DNA from: Pseudodesulfovibrio mercurii
GTDB taxonomy: Bacteria; Desulfobacterota; Desulfovibrionia; Desulfovibrionales; Desulfovibrionaceae
Reading direction: 5' to 3'
DNA: 32,000 bases
Assembly: GCF_000189295.2 (NCBI RefSeq)
Contig: NC_016803.1
Span: 1,350,001 to 1,382,000, forward strand
The stretch's first letter is position 1. Each line of letters starts with the position of its first letter. Below are positions 24,862 to 32,000 of the stretch, piece by piece. The position numbers and the translations under genes were made by a program. The notes under the pieces are model-generated. The model searched no databases, was not told where the DNA came from, and was given only the letters and a program-made list of their open reading frames with translations.

Positions 24862-26427
24862 TTAGCTTTTCTCGGACTCAGTGTCCAGCCAATTCGGTTT
24901 GTTTAATAAATATATTCCGTCTTTTACAAGCGATACGCACATGGCGAACGTGAAAATCATCATGGGGAACCCGGCAAGGGAAATGAGCCCCCGAACGGGT
25001 TCGATCCCGCCCGCTATGCACAGGACATATGCCACGAGCCCGACGATGACCCCCCAGAGCACCTTGAGCCGCTTGGGAGGCTCCTCGTCCGCACGAACGC
25101 CCTTGGTCGAAATGATCGCCAGTGTGGCCACCAGGGAGTCGGTCATCGTGGCGAAGGAAAACACGATGGTGACGACGAACAACCCCATCAATATGTTGCT
25201 GTACGGGAACTGCGAGAGAATGATGTAGACCATCGACTCCATGCCGAACTCGTGGATGCCGGACCAGACATCGACCAGGCCGCTCCACTGATAGAACACG
25301 GCGGTCCCGCCGAACGTGGATATCCAGAAATGACAAAACACGGTCGGAGGAATGACGTTGATCAGGATGAACTGGCGAATCGTCCTCCCCTTGCCCATGC
25401 GCGCCAGGAAGTGGCCGAGCAGCGGCGCGAAGATGAAGAAAATCTCCATGTACGGGACAAGCCACTGCATGGGCCAGAGATCATTTGCCTGCATGGTGTT
25501 GAGCAGGGTGCTGTTCCGGAAGAAGTTGTTGGCGAAATAGCCGAACGACTCGACCCCGATGCCGAGGATGAACAGCGTCGGCCCGGCGAAAAGGACGATG
25601 GCCATGAAAAAGAGAAAGGCCCTCGTGGTTCCGGTGGAAAGGTAGCACATGCCCTTCTTCAGCCCCGAATACGAGGAGAGCACGTAAATCGGGATGATGA
25701 TGGCCGCCGCCACCCCCCAGGTCACCGGCCCCGGCGTGTAGTTGAAGATTCTGCCCGTGCCGCTGCCGATCTGCATGAGTCCCGCGCCCATGCTGGTGGC
25801 GACGGCGCAACACAGTGAAAAAAGACAGATGGCGTGAACCATCGGCGTCAGGACCGGACGCAGCCTTTCCGGAAAGAGCGCGTACATGCCCGCCGCCACG
25901 GACAGGGGATATTTCCTATTGTAGCTGACCAGGGCGATCGCCACGCCGCAGACCGTATAGAAACAGTACTGGGCGATGGTCCAGTGGAGCGTGGTCTGGG
26001 CAATGGCGAAAACGCCCGCGTCCTTGGTTCCGGGTTCGATATGCAGGCTGAGCGGGGGCTGCATCATGTGGTAGATGGGTTCGCCCATGGCCCAGAATAG
26101 GATGCCGATGCCGATGCAGCCGCACAGGGACAGCGCGAACCATTGCCAGAAAGTGAACTCCGGCTTGGCGTCCTTGCCGCCCAGCCGGATGTTGCCGATG
26201 GGCGAAAAGGCCAGCCCGGCGGTGAACATGACGATGATGATCCCCAGGGAGACCTCCAGCCATCCGAAATTCACATGAATCCAGGCCATGGTGCAGGCCA
26301 GCAAATCGGCAAGCCTCTGGTGGTACACCAGGCCCAGGGCGATACCGCCGATCAGCAGGATAAATCCGGGCCAAAACGTAAAGGGATTCAGCGACCTTCT
26401 GTCATCATCCGTTTTCTCAACCGGCAT
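24862..26427 (-). CDS. BCCT (betaine/carnitine/choline transporter) family secondary transporter
   Basis: Start trimmed to MPVEKTDDD (AGGAGG 6 nt upstream), giving 521 aa and about 12 TM spans. BCCT blocks: GNIRLGG.DAKPEF....W.A, GIGILFWAMGEP, TLHWT, LSSYSGLKKG, W.MQWLVPYMEIFFIFAPLLGHFLARMGKGRTIRQF. Confidence 0.93.
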   Translation of the reverse strand: MPVEKTDDDRRSLNPFTFWPGFILLIGGIALGLVYHQRLADLLACTMAWIHVNFGWLEVSLGIIIVMFTAGLAFSPIGNIRLGGKDAKPEFTFWQWFALSLCGCIGIGILFWAMGEPIYHMMQPPLSLHIEPGTKDAGVFAIAQTTLHWTIAQYCFYTVCGVAIALVSYNRKYPLSVAAGMYALFPERLRPVLTPMVHAICLFSLCCAVATSMGAGLMQIGSGTGRIFNYTPGPVTWGVAAAIIIPIYVLSSYSGLKKGMCYLSTGTTRAFLFFMAIVLFAGPTLFILGIGVESFGYFANNFFRNSTLLNTMQANDLWPMQWLVPYMEIFFIFAPLLGHFLARMGKGRTIRQFILINVIPPTVFCHFWISTFGGTAVFYQWSGLVDVWSGIHEFGMESMVYIILSQFPYSNILMGLFVVTIVFSFATMTDSLVATLAIISTKGVRADEEPPKRLKVLWGVIVGLVAYVLCIAGGIEPVRGLISLAGFPMMIFTFAMCVSLVKDGIYLLNKPNWLDTESEKS

Positions 26428-26540
26428 AGTGAGCCTCCTATTCCCCCTGCAAAACGCCTCGGGTCGTGAACCTGACGTCTCTACACGATGCGATATACGC
26501 CTCACAAGGGTATGGCGATTCAATTTTTTTTGGAACGACA

Positions 26541-26555
26541 TACCATTTTGTGGTA
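26541..26555. promoter_or_regulatory. TACCA-N5-TGGTA palindrome in the BCCT/OFOR divergent control region
   Basis: TACCATTTTGTGGTA uses the same half-site as the sites at 26745-26826. Confidence 0.4.
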
Positions 26556-26801
26556 AACTTATTCCACGAATCAAATGCTGTCAATCTGCTAGCCGCACAA
26601 AAATCAGCACAAATATTTCACGGACGTAATACATAAATTATCAATTTTTACGGTATATTAAATGAAAATTTAACATTATTATCGACTTTTTCCTCAAAAT
26701 CGGTTGACGCGGCAGTTGCCCCCAGGTATCGTGATTTTGCAAAACACCGTACCACAATACGAAACGCAAGCCTGTCGCTTCAACTCGTTTCGCTGCATTA
26801 G

Positions 26802-26816
26802 TGGTACACCGTACCA
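26802..26816. promoter_or_regulatory. TGGTAC-N3-GTACCA palindrome about 65 nt upstream of the OFOR alpha start; candidate operator
   Basis: TGGTACACCGTACCA. The 11-mer ACACCGTACCA recurs at 26744-26754, with extra GGTAT half-sites at 26725-26729 and 26822-26826. Confidence 0.45.
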
Positions 26817-26879
26817 AATTATGGTATTTAATTGAGGCAAACACTGAAGCAAACCGCAACAAATTTCATTGAGGTGCAT

Positions 26880-27950
26880 ATGGCCCAAGAAACTTTGTTC
26901 CTGAAAAACACTGAGGCTTTCGCCGAGAGCCTGGCCCGGTGTGGAGTGAAATACCACTTCGCCTACCCGATCACTCCGGCGACGGACGTGATGAAGCGCA
27001 TGGCGGTCATCCTGCCCGCCTACGGCGGGGAAATGATGCAGATGGAGAGCGAGCTGGCCGTGTCCAGCGCCCTTGCCGGCGCCGCATGCACCGGCAAGCT
27101 GGTGGCCACATCCAGCTCCGGCCCCGGGCTGACCCTCATGCATGAGGCCATAGGCTTCATGTGCGCGGCCGAACTGCCCTGCCTCCTGGTCGATTCCATG
27201 CGCGTCGGCCCCGGCGACGGCGACATCCTCGGCGCCCAGAGCGATTATTACGTCGCCACGCGCGGCGGCGCCCACGGCGACTACCACACCATCGTTCTCG
27301 CCCCCGCCTCCGGACAGGAAATCGCGGACATCGTCCCCACCGGCATCAGACTGGCCTACACCTACAGAACGCCCGTCCTCTTCGTGATCGACGGCGTGAG
27401 CGCCCAGACCACCGAATCCACCACCCTGCCGGACTACCACGACTACTCCGCCGAGTTCGACACCACCGGATGGGCATTCACCGGCACGCAGGACCACCCC
27501 AAGCGGGCGCTCATCACCGGCAGCTACTCCCACCAGGACGGCTACGAGCTGAACGAGCGGCTGCGCGCCAAGTACGCGACCATCCGCGAAAAGGAACAGT
27601 TGTGGGAACAGGATGGGATCAATGACGCCGAGCTCGTGGTCGCCGCCTTCGGCATTCACGGCCGCATGTGCCGGGACCTGGTCGCCAAGATGCGGGCCGA
27701 GGGCAAGAAGGTGGGCTTCATCCGGCCCATCACCCTGTGGCCGTTCCCCGAACTCGTCTTCGCCGAGCTTCCGGACTCGGTGAAAAACATTCTCGTTGTC
27801 GAGATGAACCACGGCCAGATGGTCGACGACGTCCGGCTCGCCGTGAATGGGCGGATACCCGTCCACTTCCTCGGCAAGACCGGCGGCGACATGCCCATGA
27901 ACACCCTGGCTGAGATGATTGCCGAAGCAAACCGGATTCTGGGGGAGTAA
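26880..27950 (+). CDS. 2-oxoacid:ferredoxin oxidoreductase, alpha subunit
   Basis: Start at MAQETLFL (GAGG upstream), giving 356 aa. Motifs: FAYPITPATD, MESELAVSSALAGAACTG, TSSSGPGLTLM, and C-terminal domain III (VGFIRPITLWPFP). Confidence 0.92.
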   Translation: MAQETLFLKNTEAFAESLARCGVKYHFAYPITPATDVMKRMAVILPAYGGEMMQMESELAVSSALAGAACTGKLVATSSSGPGLTLMHEAIGFMCAAELPCLLVDSMRVGPGDGDILGAQSDYYVATRGGAHGDYHTIVLAPASGQEIADIVPTGIRLAYTYRTPVLFVIDGVSAQTTESTTLPDYHDYSAEFDTTGWAFTGTQDHPKRALITGSYSHQDGYELNERLRAKYATIREKEQLWEQDGINDAELVVAAFGIHGRMCRDLVAKMRAEGKKVGFIRPITLWPFPELVFAELPDSVKNILVVEMNHGQMVDDVRLAVNGRIPVHFLGKTGGDMPMNTLAEMIAEANRILGE

Positions 27951-27954
27951 TCAC

Positions 27955-28716
27955 ATGGAAAATCTGAGCGCCAAGTACGGAAAAACGCTGAACCTTGACA
28001 AACTGACCAGCTACTGCCCGGGCTGCGGCCACGGCATCGTGACCCGCCTGGTGGCCGAAGCCATCGAGAGCCTGGGCATCATGAGCCGAACCATCTCCAT
28101 CGTCGGCATCGGCTGCGGCGGCTTCTCGCACCACTACATGGACATCGACGCCATCGAGGCCACCCACGGACGGTCTCCGTCCTTCGCCATCGGCTACAAG
28201 CTGGCCCGCCCCGACAACATCGTCTTCACCTACGCGGGCGACGGCGACACCTGCGCCATCGGACTCGGCGACCTGATGCACGCGGCCAACAAGGGCATGC
28301 CCATCACCACCATCATGGTCAACAACACGGTGTTCGGCATGACCGGCGGACAGATGTCCCCCACCACCCTTGAGGGCCAGGTGACGACAACCACGACCAA
28401 GGGCCGCGCGGTTCCCCATCAGGGCTACCCCCTCCTGGTGCCTGAAATGATGCGCGCCATGCCGGGCGTGAAGTACCTGGCACGGGAGTCCGTGGCCACC
28501 CCCAAGGATGTCCGGAAGGCCAAGAAAAGCATCCGCAAGGCCTTCGAATGCCAGGTCAAGGGCCTCGGCTACGCCTTCGTGGAAGTCATCGTCCCCTGCC
28601 CCACCGGCCTCAAGATGAATGTCAAGGACTCCTATGCGCGGTGCGGCAACGAAATGGCGGACTATTTCAAACCTCAGGTCTTCAAAGACGAAACGGAGCA
28701 AAGCGATGTTGCATAA
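27955..28716 (+). CDS. 2-oxoacid:ferredoxin oxidoreductase, beta (TPP-binding) subunit
   Basis: Start at MENLSAKYG. Motifs: YCPGCGHG, IGCGG, the TPP motif GDGD....G and MVNNTVFGMTGGQ. Confidence 0.92.
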   Translation: MENLSAKYGKTLNLDKLTSYCPGCGHGIVTRLVAEAIESLGIMSRTISIVGIGCGGFSHHYMDIDAIEATHGRSPSFAIGYKLARPDNIVFTYAGDGDTCAIGLGDLMHAANKGMPITTIMVNNTVFGMTGGQMSPTTLEGQVTTTTTKGRAVPHQGYPLLVPEMMRAMPGVKYLARESVATPKDVRKAKKSIRKAFECQVKGLGYAFVEVIVPCPTGLKMNVKDSYARCGNEMADYFKPQVFKDETEQSDVA

Positions 28717-29254
28717 GTGCATGTTTTCGGGATCGGGCGGCCAGGGGTCCGCGCTCATGGCGAAGATGGTTTGCCTGGGAGCGATCAAGGAGAACCTGAA
28801 GGTCGTCATGACCCAGACCTACGGCATTGAACAACGCGGCGGCGATTCCACCGCCTACGTGATCGTGTCCGACGAACCCATCGGCAGCCCCATCGTGGAG
28901 AACGACGCAGACATCGCCGTGGCGCTCAGCCAGTCCATCTACGGCAACTGTTTTGCCGGAGTGGTTCCCGACGGCATGCTCTTCACCAACAGCTCGATGG
29001 TCGAGAACCCGAAGGAAAGCGACGCGTTCAAGCAGGTCTTCCTCCCGGTTTCCGACACCGCCGTCCAGCTCGGCACCGTCCGTTGCGCCAACATGGTGAT
29101 GCTCGGCGCGGTGCTGGCCGGAACCGGCCTTCTCAAGCTGGAGACCGTCGAAGAGGTCGTACGGGAAACCATCGGGAACAAGAAGCCTCAACTGGTGGAG
29201 CTGAACATCGAGGCGCTGCGTAGCGGATATTCCGCCATGAAGAAGGAGTCGTAG
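28706..29254 (+). CDS. 2-oxoacid:ferredoxin oxidoreductase, gamma subunit
   Basis: Starts at MLHKCMFSGSGGQGSALMAKM. Shows the GxGGQG motif and QTYGIEQRGG. Overlaps the beta stop by 11 nt, suggesting translational coupling. Confidence 0.88.
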   Translation: MLHKCMFSGSGGQGSALMAKMVCLGAIKENLKVVMTQTYGIEQRGGDSTAYVIVSDEPIGSPIVENDADIAVALSQSIYGNCFAGVVPDGMLFTNSSMVENPKESDAFKQVFLPVSDTAVQLGTVRCANMVMLGAVLAGTGLLKLETVEEVVRETIGNKKPQLVELNIEALRSGYSAMKKES

Positions 29255-29255
29255 A

Positions 29256-29471
29256 ATGAGCGAGAAACATCATGTCATTGACGCCCGCCGCTGCAAGGCC
29301 TGCGGGCTTTGCGTGGACAACTGCCCCAAGGCGGTTCTTGCCCTCGGCACCGCAATCAATGCGCAGGGATACAACTACGTCGTCCAGGAACACCCGGAAA
29401 ACTGCGTACTTTGCGACATTTGCGGCACCATCTGCCCCGACATGGCCATCGGTGTCGTCGTAGACCAGTAA
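29256..29471 (+). CDS. 2-oxoacid:ferredoxin oxidoreductase, delta subunit (2x[4Fe-4S] ferredoxin)
   Basis: 71 aa with AAGGAG RBS. Two clusters: CKACGLCVDNCP and CVLCDICGTICP. Confidence 0.9.
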   Translation: MSEKHHVIDARRCKACGLCVDNCPKAVLALGTAINAQGYNYVVQEHPENCVLCDICGTICPDMAIGVVVDQ

Positions 29472-29477
29472 AAGCCC

Positions 29478-29505
29478 AAGGCGCCCGCCCCCTCGCGGGC
29501 GCCTT
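29478..29505 (+). other. GC-rich 11-bp hairpin between the OFOR delta and acyl-CoA synthetase genes
   Basis: AAGGCGCCCGC / cccctc / GCGGGCGCCTT has no U-tract and abuts the AAGGAG RBS of the next gene. Confidence 0.6.
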
Positions 29506-29519
29506 CAAGGAGTATATTC

Positions 29520-31667
29520 ATGAGTGATCTTGTTCCCCTGTTTCAGCCCAGGAGCGTCGCGCTGATCGGCGCCTCCTCCAACTCGAAGAAATACGGATAT
29601 TGGACCGCGAAAAGCCTCATCGAAAACGGCTTCGAGGGAGATATCCACCTCGTTTCCCGCACCGGAGGCGAAATCTTCGGACGTCCGACCTATCCCGACA
29701 TCCTCGCCGTCCCCGGCGAGGTGGACCTTGCCATCATCGCCATCGCGCCCAAGCACATCCTGCCCATCATGGAGCAGTGCGTCGAAAAGGGCGTCAAATG
29801 CGCCATCGTCGTCTCCACCGGGTTCGGCGAGACCGGCCCCGAGGGCAAGGAGCTCGAACGCAAGATGCTGGAGATCGCCCGCAAGGGAAACATGCGCGTC
29901 CAGGGCCCGAACTGCATGGGCACCTACAGCTCGGCCAAAAGCATGAACGCGAGCATCATCGACCTGGCCCCCGGCCCCATGAGCCTGGTCCTCCAGAGCG
30001 GCAACTTCGGCATCGACATCAACTTCAACGCCAAGTCCCGCAACCTCGGCTACAGCTGCTGGGCCACCATCGGCAACCAGATGGACATGCGCTTCCACGA
30101 CTTCGTTGAGTACATCGAGGAAGACGAAAACACCAAGGTGCTCCTCCTTTACATGGAGGGCCTGCGGGTCGAAAGCGAGGAAGACGGACGGAAATTCCTG
30201 GAAGCGGCCAAAAAAACGGCCGCCAGGGTGCCCATCGCCGCCATCAAGATCGGCCGCAGCGCCGCCGGCGCCCGCGCCGCCGCTTCGCATACCGGCTCCC
30301 TCGCTGGCAGTGAAAAGATTTTCGACGCGGCCCTCCGACAGGCGGGCATCATCCGGGTGGACAGCCCGGGCGAGCTCCTGGACGCCGCCGAGGCCTTCTC
30401 CAAGTGCAAGCCCGCCAGCGGCAAGCGCATCGCCATCCTGACCGACGGCGGCGGGCACGGTGTCATGGCCACGGATTTTGCCGAAAAGTACGGGCTTGAG
30501 GCGCCGGTCCTTTCGGACGCCACCCAGGCCAAGCTGCGGGAAATCCTCATGCCCCACTGCCCGATCAAGAACCCCGTCGACCTGGCCGGTACACCCGAGG
30601 CGGACATGTGGGTGTTCGACCGCTGCCTGGACGTCCTCATGAAGGATCCGGACGTCGACGGCATCGTCATCGTGGGCCTCTACGGCGGCTACGCCGACCT
30701 CTCCGAAGAGTTCCGGGTCCTGGAGATGGACGTGGCCAAGAGCATGGTGGAAAAGATCAACGCGGGCGACAAGCCGGTGGTCATGCATTCCATCTATCAG
30801 CCCCAGCACCCTGAATGCCTTGACTATATCAGCGAACACGGCGTTCCCGTCTTCGGCGGCGTCGATGCGGCGGTCAAGACAATGGGCGTCCTCTCGACCT
30901 ACAGCGAGCTGAAAAAGGCCCTGCGGAAAGAGTCCGGCAACGAACTGCCGAGCATGCCCGCCGACCGCAAGGAAAGGGCCTCAGCCATCCTCGACGCCGT
31001 CAAGGCGGCGGGCCGCAAGAACCTCGTCGAGACCGAGGCACGCCACGTGCTGCGCTGCTACGGGCTCGACATCGCGGACGACTACCTGGCCACCACGGCC
31101 GACGAGGCCGCGGCCTTCTACAAGAAGATCGGCGGCAAGGTCGTCATGAAGATCGTATCGCCCGACATCCTGCACAAGACCGATGCCGGCGGCGTCGCGC
31201 TGAACATCGACTCCGAAGCCAAGGCGCGGAGCGCCTTCGAACAGTTGGTGAAAAACGGACGCACATACAAGGCCGGAGCCGACATCTTCGGCGTCATGCT
31301 GACCCCCATGCTCCCCGGCGGCGTCGAGTGCATCATCGGTTCGAGCCACGACAACACCTTCGGGCCGACCGTCATGTTCGGCCTGGGCGGCATATTCGTG
31401 GAGATACTCAAGGACGTGGCCTTCCGTGTGGCCCCGGTCAACATGCCCGCCTGCCGCAGCATGATCCGGGAGATCAAGGGACTGGGCATGCTCCAGGGCG
31501 CCCGCGGGAGCAAGGCGTGCGACCTGGAGGCCCTGGCGGAAGCGGCCTGCATCATCTCGCAACTCGTATCGGAGTTGCGCGAGATCGCGGAAGTCGATCT
31601 CAACCCGGTCTTTGCGTTGGAAAAAGGCCTGTCCATCGCCGACGCAAGAATCATTTTGCACGGGTAA
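29520..31667 (+). CDS. ADP-forming (NDP-forming) acyl-CoA synthetase, fused alpha-beta form (ACD family)
   Basis: 715 aa. N-terminal CoA-binding domain (PRSVALIGAS...YG), GPNCMG, phosphohistidine loop AASHTGSLAGS, and a C-terminal ATP-grasp domain (VVMKIVSPDILHKTDAGGVALNI). Confidence 0.92.
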   Translation: MSDLVPLFQPRSVALIGASSNSKKYGYWTAKSLIENGFEGDIHLVSRTGGEIFGRPTYPDILAVPGEVDLAIIAIAPKHILPIMEQCVEKGVKCAIVVSTGFGETGPEGKELERKMLEIARKGNMRVQGPNCMGTYSSAKSMNASIIDLAPGPMSLVLQSGNFGIDINFNAKSRNLGYSCWATIGNQMDMRFHDFVEYIEEDENTKVLLLYMEGLRVESEEDGRKFLEAAKKTAARVPIAAIKIGRSAAGARAAASHTGSLAGSEKIFDAALRQAGIIRVDSPGELLDAAEAFSKCKPASGKRIAILTDGGGHGVMATDFAEKYGLEAPVLSDATQAKLREILMPHCPIKNPVDLAGTPEADMWVFDRCLDVLMKDPDVDGIVIVGLYGGYADLSEEFRVLEMDVAKSMVEKINAGDKPVVMHSIYQPQHPECLDYISEHGVPVFGGVDAAVKTMGVLSTYSELKKALRKESGNELPSMPADRKERASAILDAVKAAGRKNLVETEARHVLRCYGLDIADDYLATTADEAAAFYKKIGGKVVMKIVSPDILHKTDAGGVALNIDSEAKARSAFEQLVKNGRTYKAGADIFGVMLTPMLPGGVECIIGSSHDNTFGPTVMFGLGGIFVEILKDVAFRVAPVNMPACRSMIREIKGLGMLQGARGSKACDLEALAEAACIISQLVSELREIAEVDLNPVFALEKGLSIADARIILHG

Positions 31668-31705
31668 CAAACACCATATAAACTTCATATACAAAGGGTC
31701 GGATC

Positions 31706-32000
31706 ATGAAAGACGTAAAGCGTTTTCCCACAACGACAGGGCAGAGCTGGCTGGAAATGTCCGGGTACAAGTTCCACCAGTTCAAGGACCATTCCGAAAT
31801 CCGTGACGTGTACGACTATATCGTCATAGGCGCCGGATACGGCGGTCAGGGGGCCGCCAGGCACCTGGCCGAGCTCCATCCCGATGCCAAGATCGCCGTC
31901 TTCGAAGCCATCAAGATCGGCGACAACGACAGCGGCAAGAACGCCGGATTCATCATCGACGTGCCCCACGACTTCGGCGACCAGGGCGCCTCCTCCTTCG
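31706..32000 (+). CDS. FAD-dependent oxidoreductase (DAO/OrdL/PuuB-like), N-terminal part; gene runs off the right edge
   Basis: Absent from the ORF track because it is open-ended. My translation: MKDVKRFPTTTGQSWLEMSGYKFHQFKDHSEIRDVYDYIVIGAGYGGQGAARHLAELHPDAKIAVFEAIKIGDNDSGKNAGFIIDVPHD.... It shows the dinucleotide fold GxGxxG...E plus the GxxxSG.N.G block typical of DAO-family amine oxidoreductases. Confidence 0.72.
   Translation, partial: MKDVKRFPTTTGQSWLEMSGYKFHQFKDHSEIRDVYDYIVIGAGYGGQGAARHLAELHPDAKIAVFEAIKIGDNDSGKNAGFIIDVPHDFGDQGASSF

Noticed and set aside
26725-26742. Sigma54 promoter upstream of the OFOR operon (aGGTATCGTGATTTTGCA)
   Set aside because: The GG-to-GC spacing is two nucleotides too long for the -24/-12 consensus. 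The GGTAT fits better as one of the repeated TGGTA half-sites.

Overview
GC-rich bacterial chromosomal window. Gene content (class III RNR, metF, ferredoxin-linked oxidoreductases, many redox and detoxification genes) suggests an anaerobe, possibly Desulfovibrio-like; the taxon is inference only. I found no rRNA, tRNA, CRISPR, transposase or integrase.

Layout by region:
- 0-7.3 kb, housekeeping: tpx, a MarR plus Bcr/CflA efflux pair, metF preceded by a perfect 22-bp palindrome, and a cobalamin riboswitch leading into nrdD.
- 7.3-21.7 kb, regulator-rich accessory redox/detox genes: Fe-ADH plus secreted alpha/beta hydrolase with a divergent AraC regulator; LysR with DUF169; YitT with a TSCPD protein; an AKR-cupin-CMD operon; MarR with a membrane/cytidylate-kinase-like fusion; a PaaI thioesterase; and a second AraC regulator.
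- The same stretch carries at least four decayed genes: an MBL-hydrolase/EamA chimera, an AKR with an in-frame TAG and truncation, an AKR with a 1-nt frameshift, and an Fe-ADH remnant.
- 21.9-32 kb, visibly more A/T-rich at first: a DUF364 gene, then a ~1.2 kb coding-poor stretch, then the most interesting locus.

The candidate system is a BCCT transporter plus IclR regulator transcribed divergently from a four-subunit 2-oxoacid:ferredoxin oxidoreductase, a fused ADP-forming acyl-CoA synthetase and an FAD-dependent (amine) oxidoreductase that runs off the window. I read this as an uncharacterised uptake-to-ATP catabolic module, with repeated TGGTA/TACCA operator-like palindromes in the shared control region. 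Its function is inferred from gene content and order, not demonstrated.

Most long ORFs antisense to these genes in the six-frame track are GC-driven shadow ORFs.
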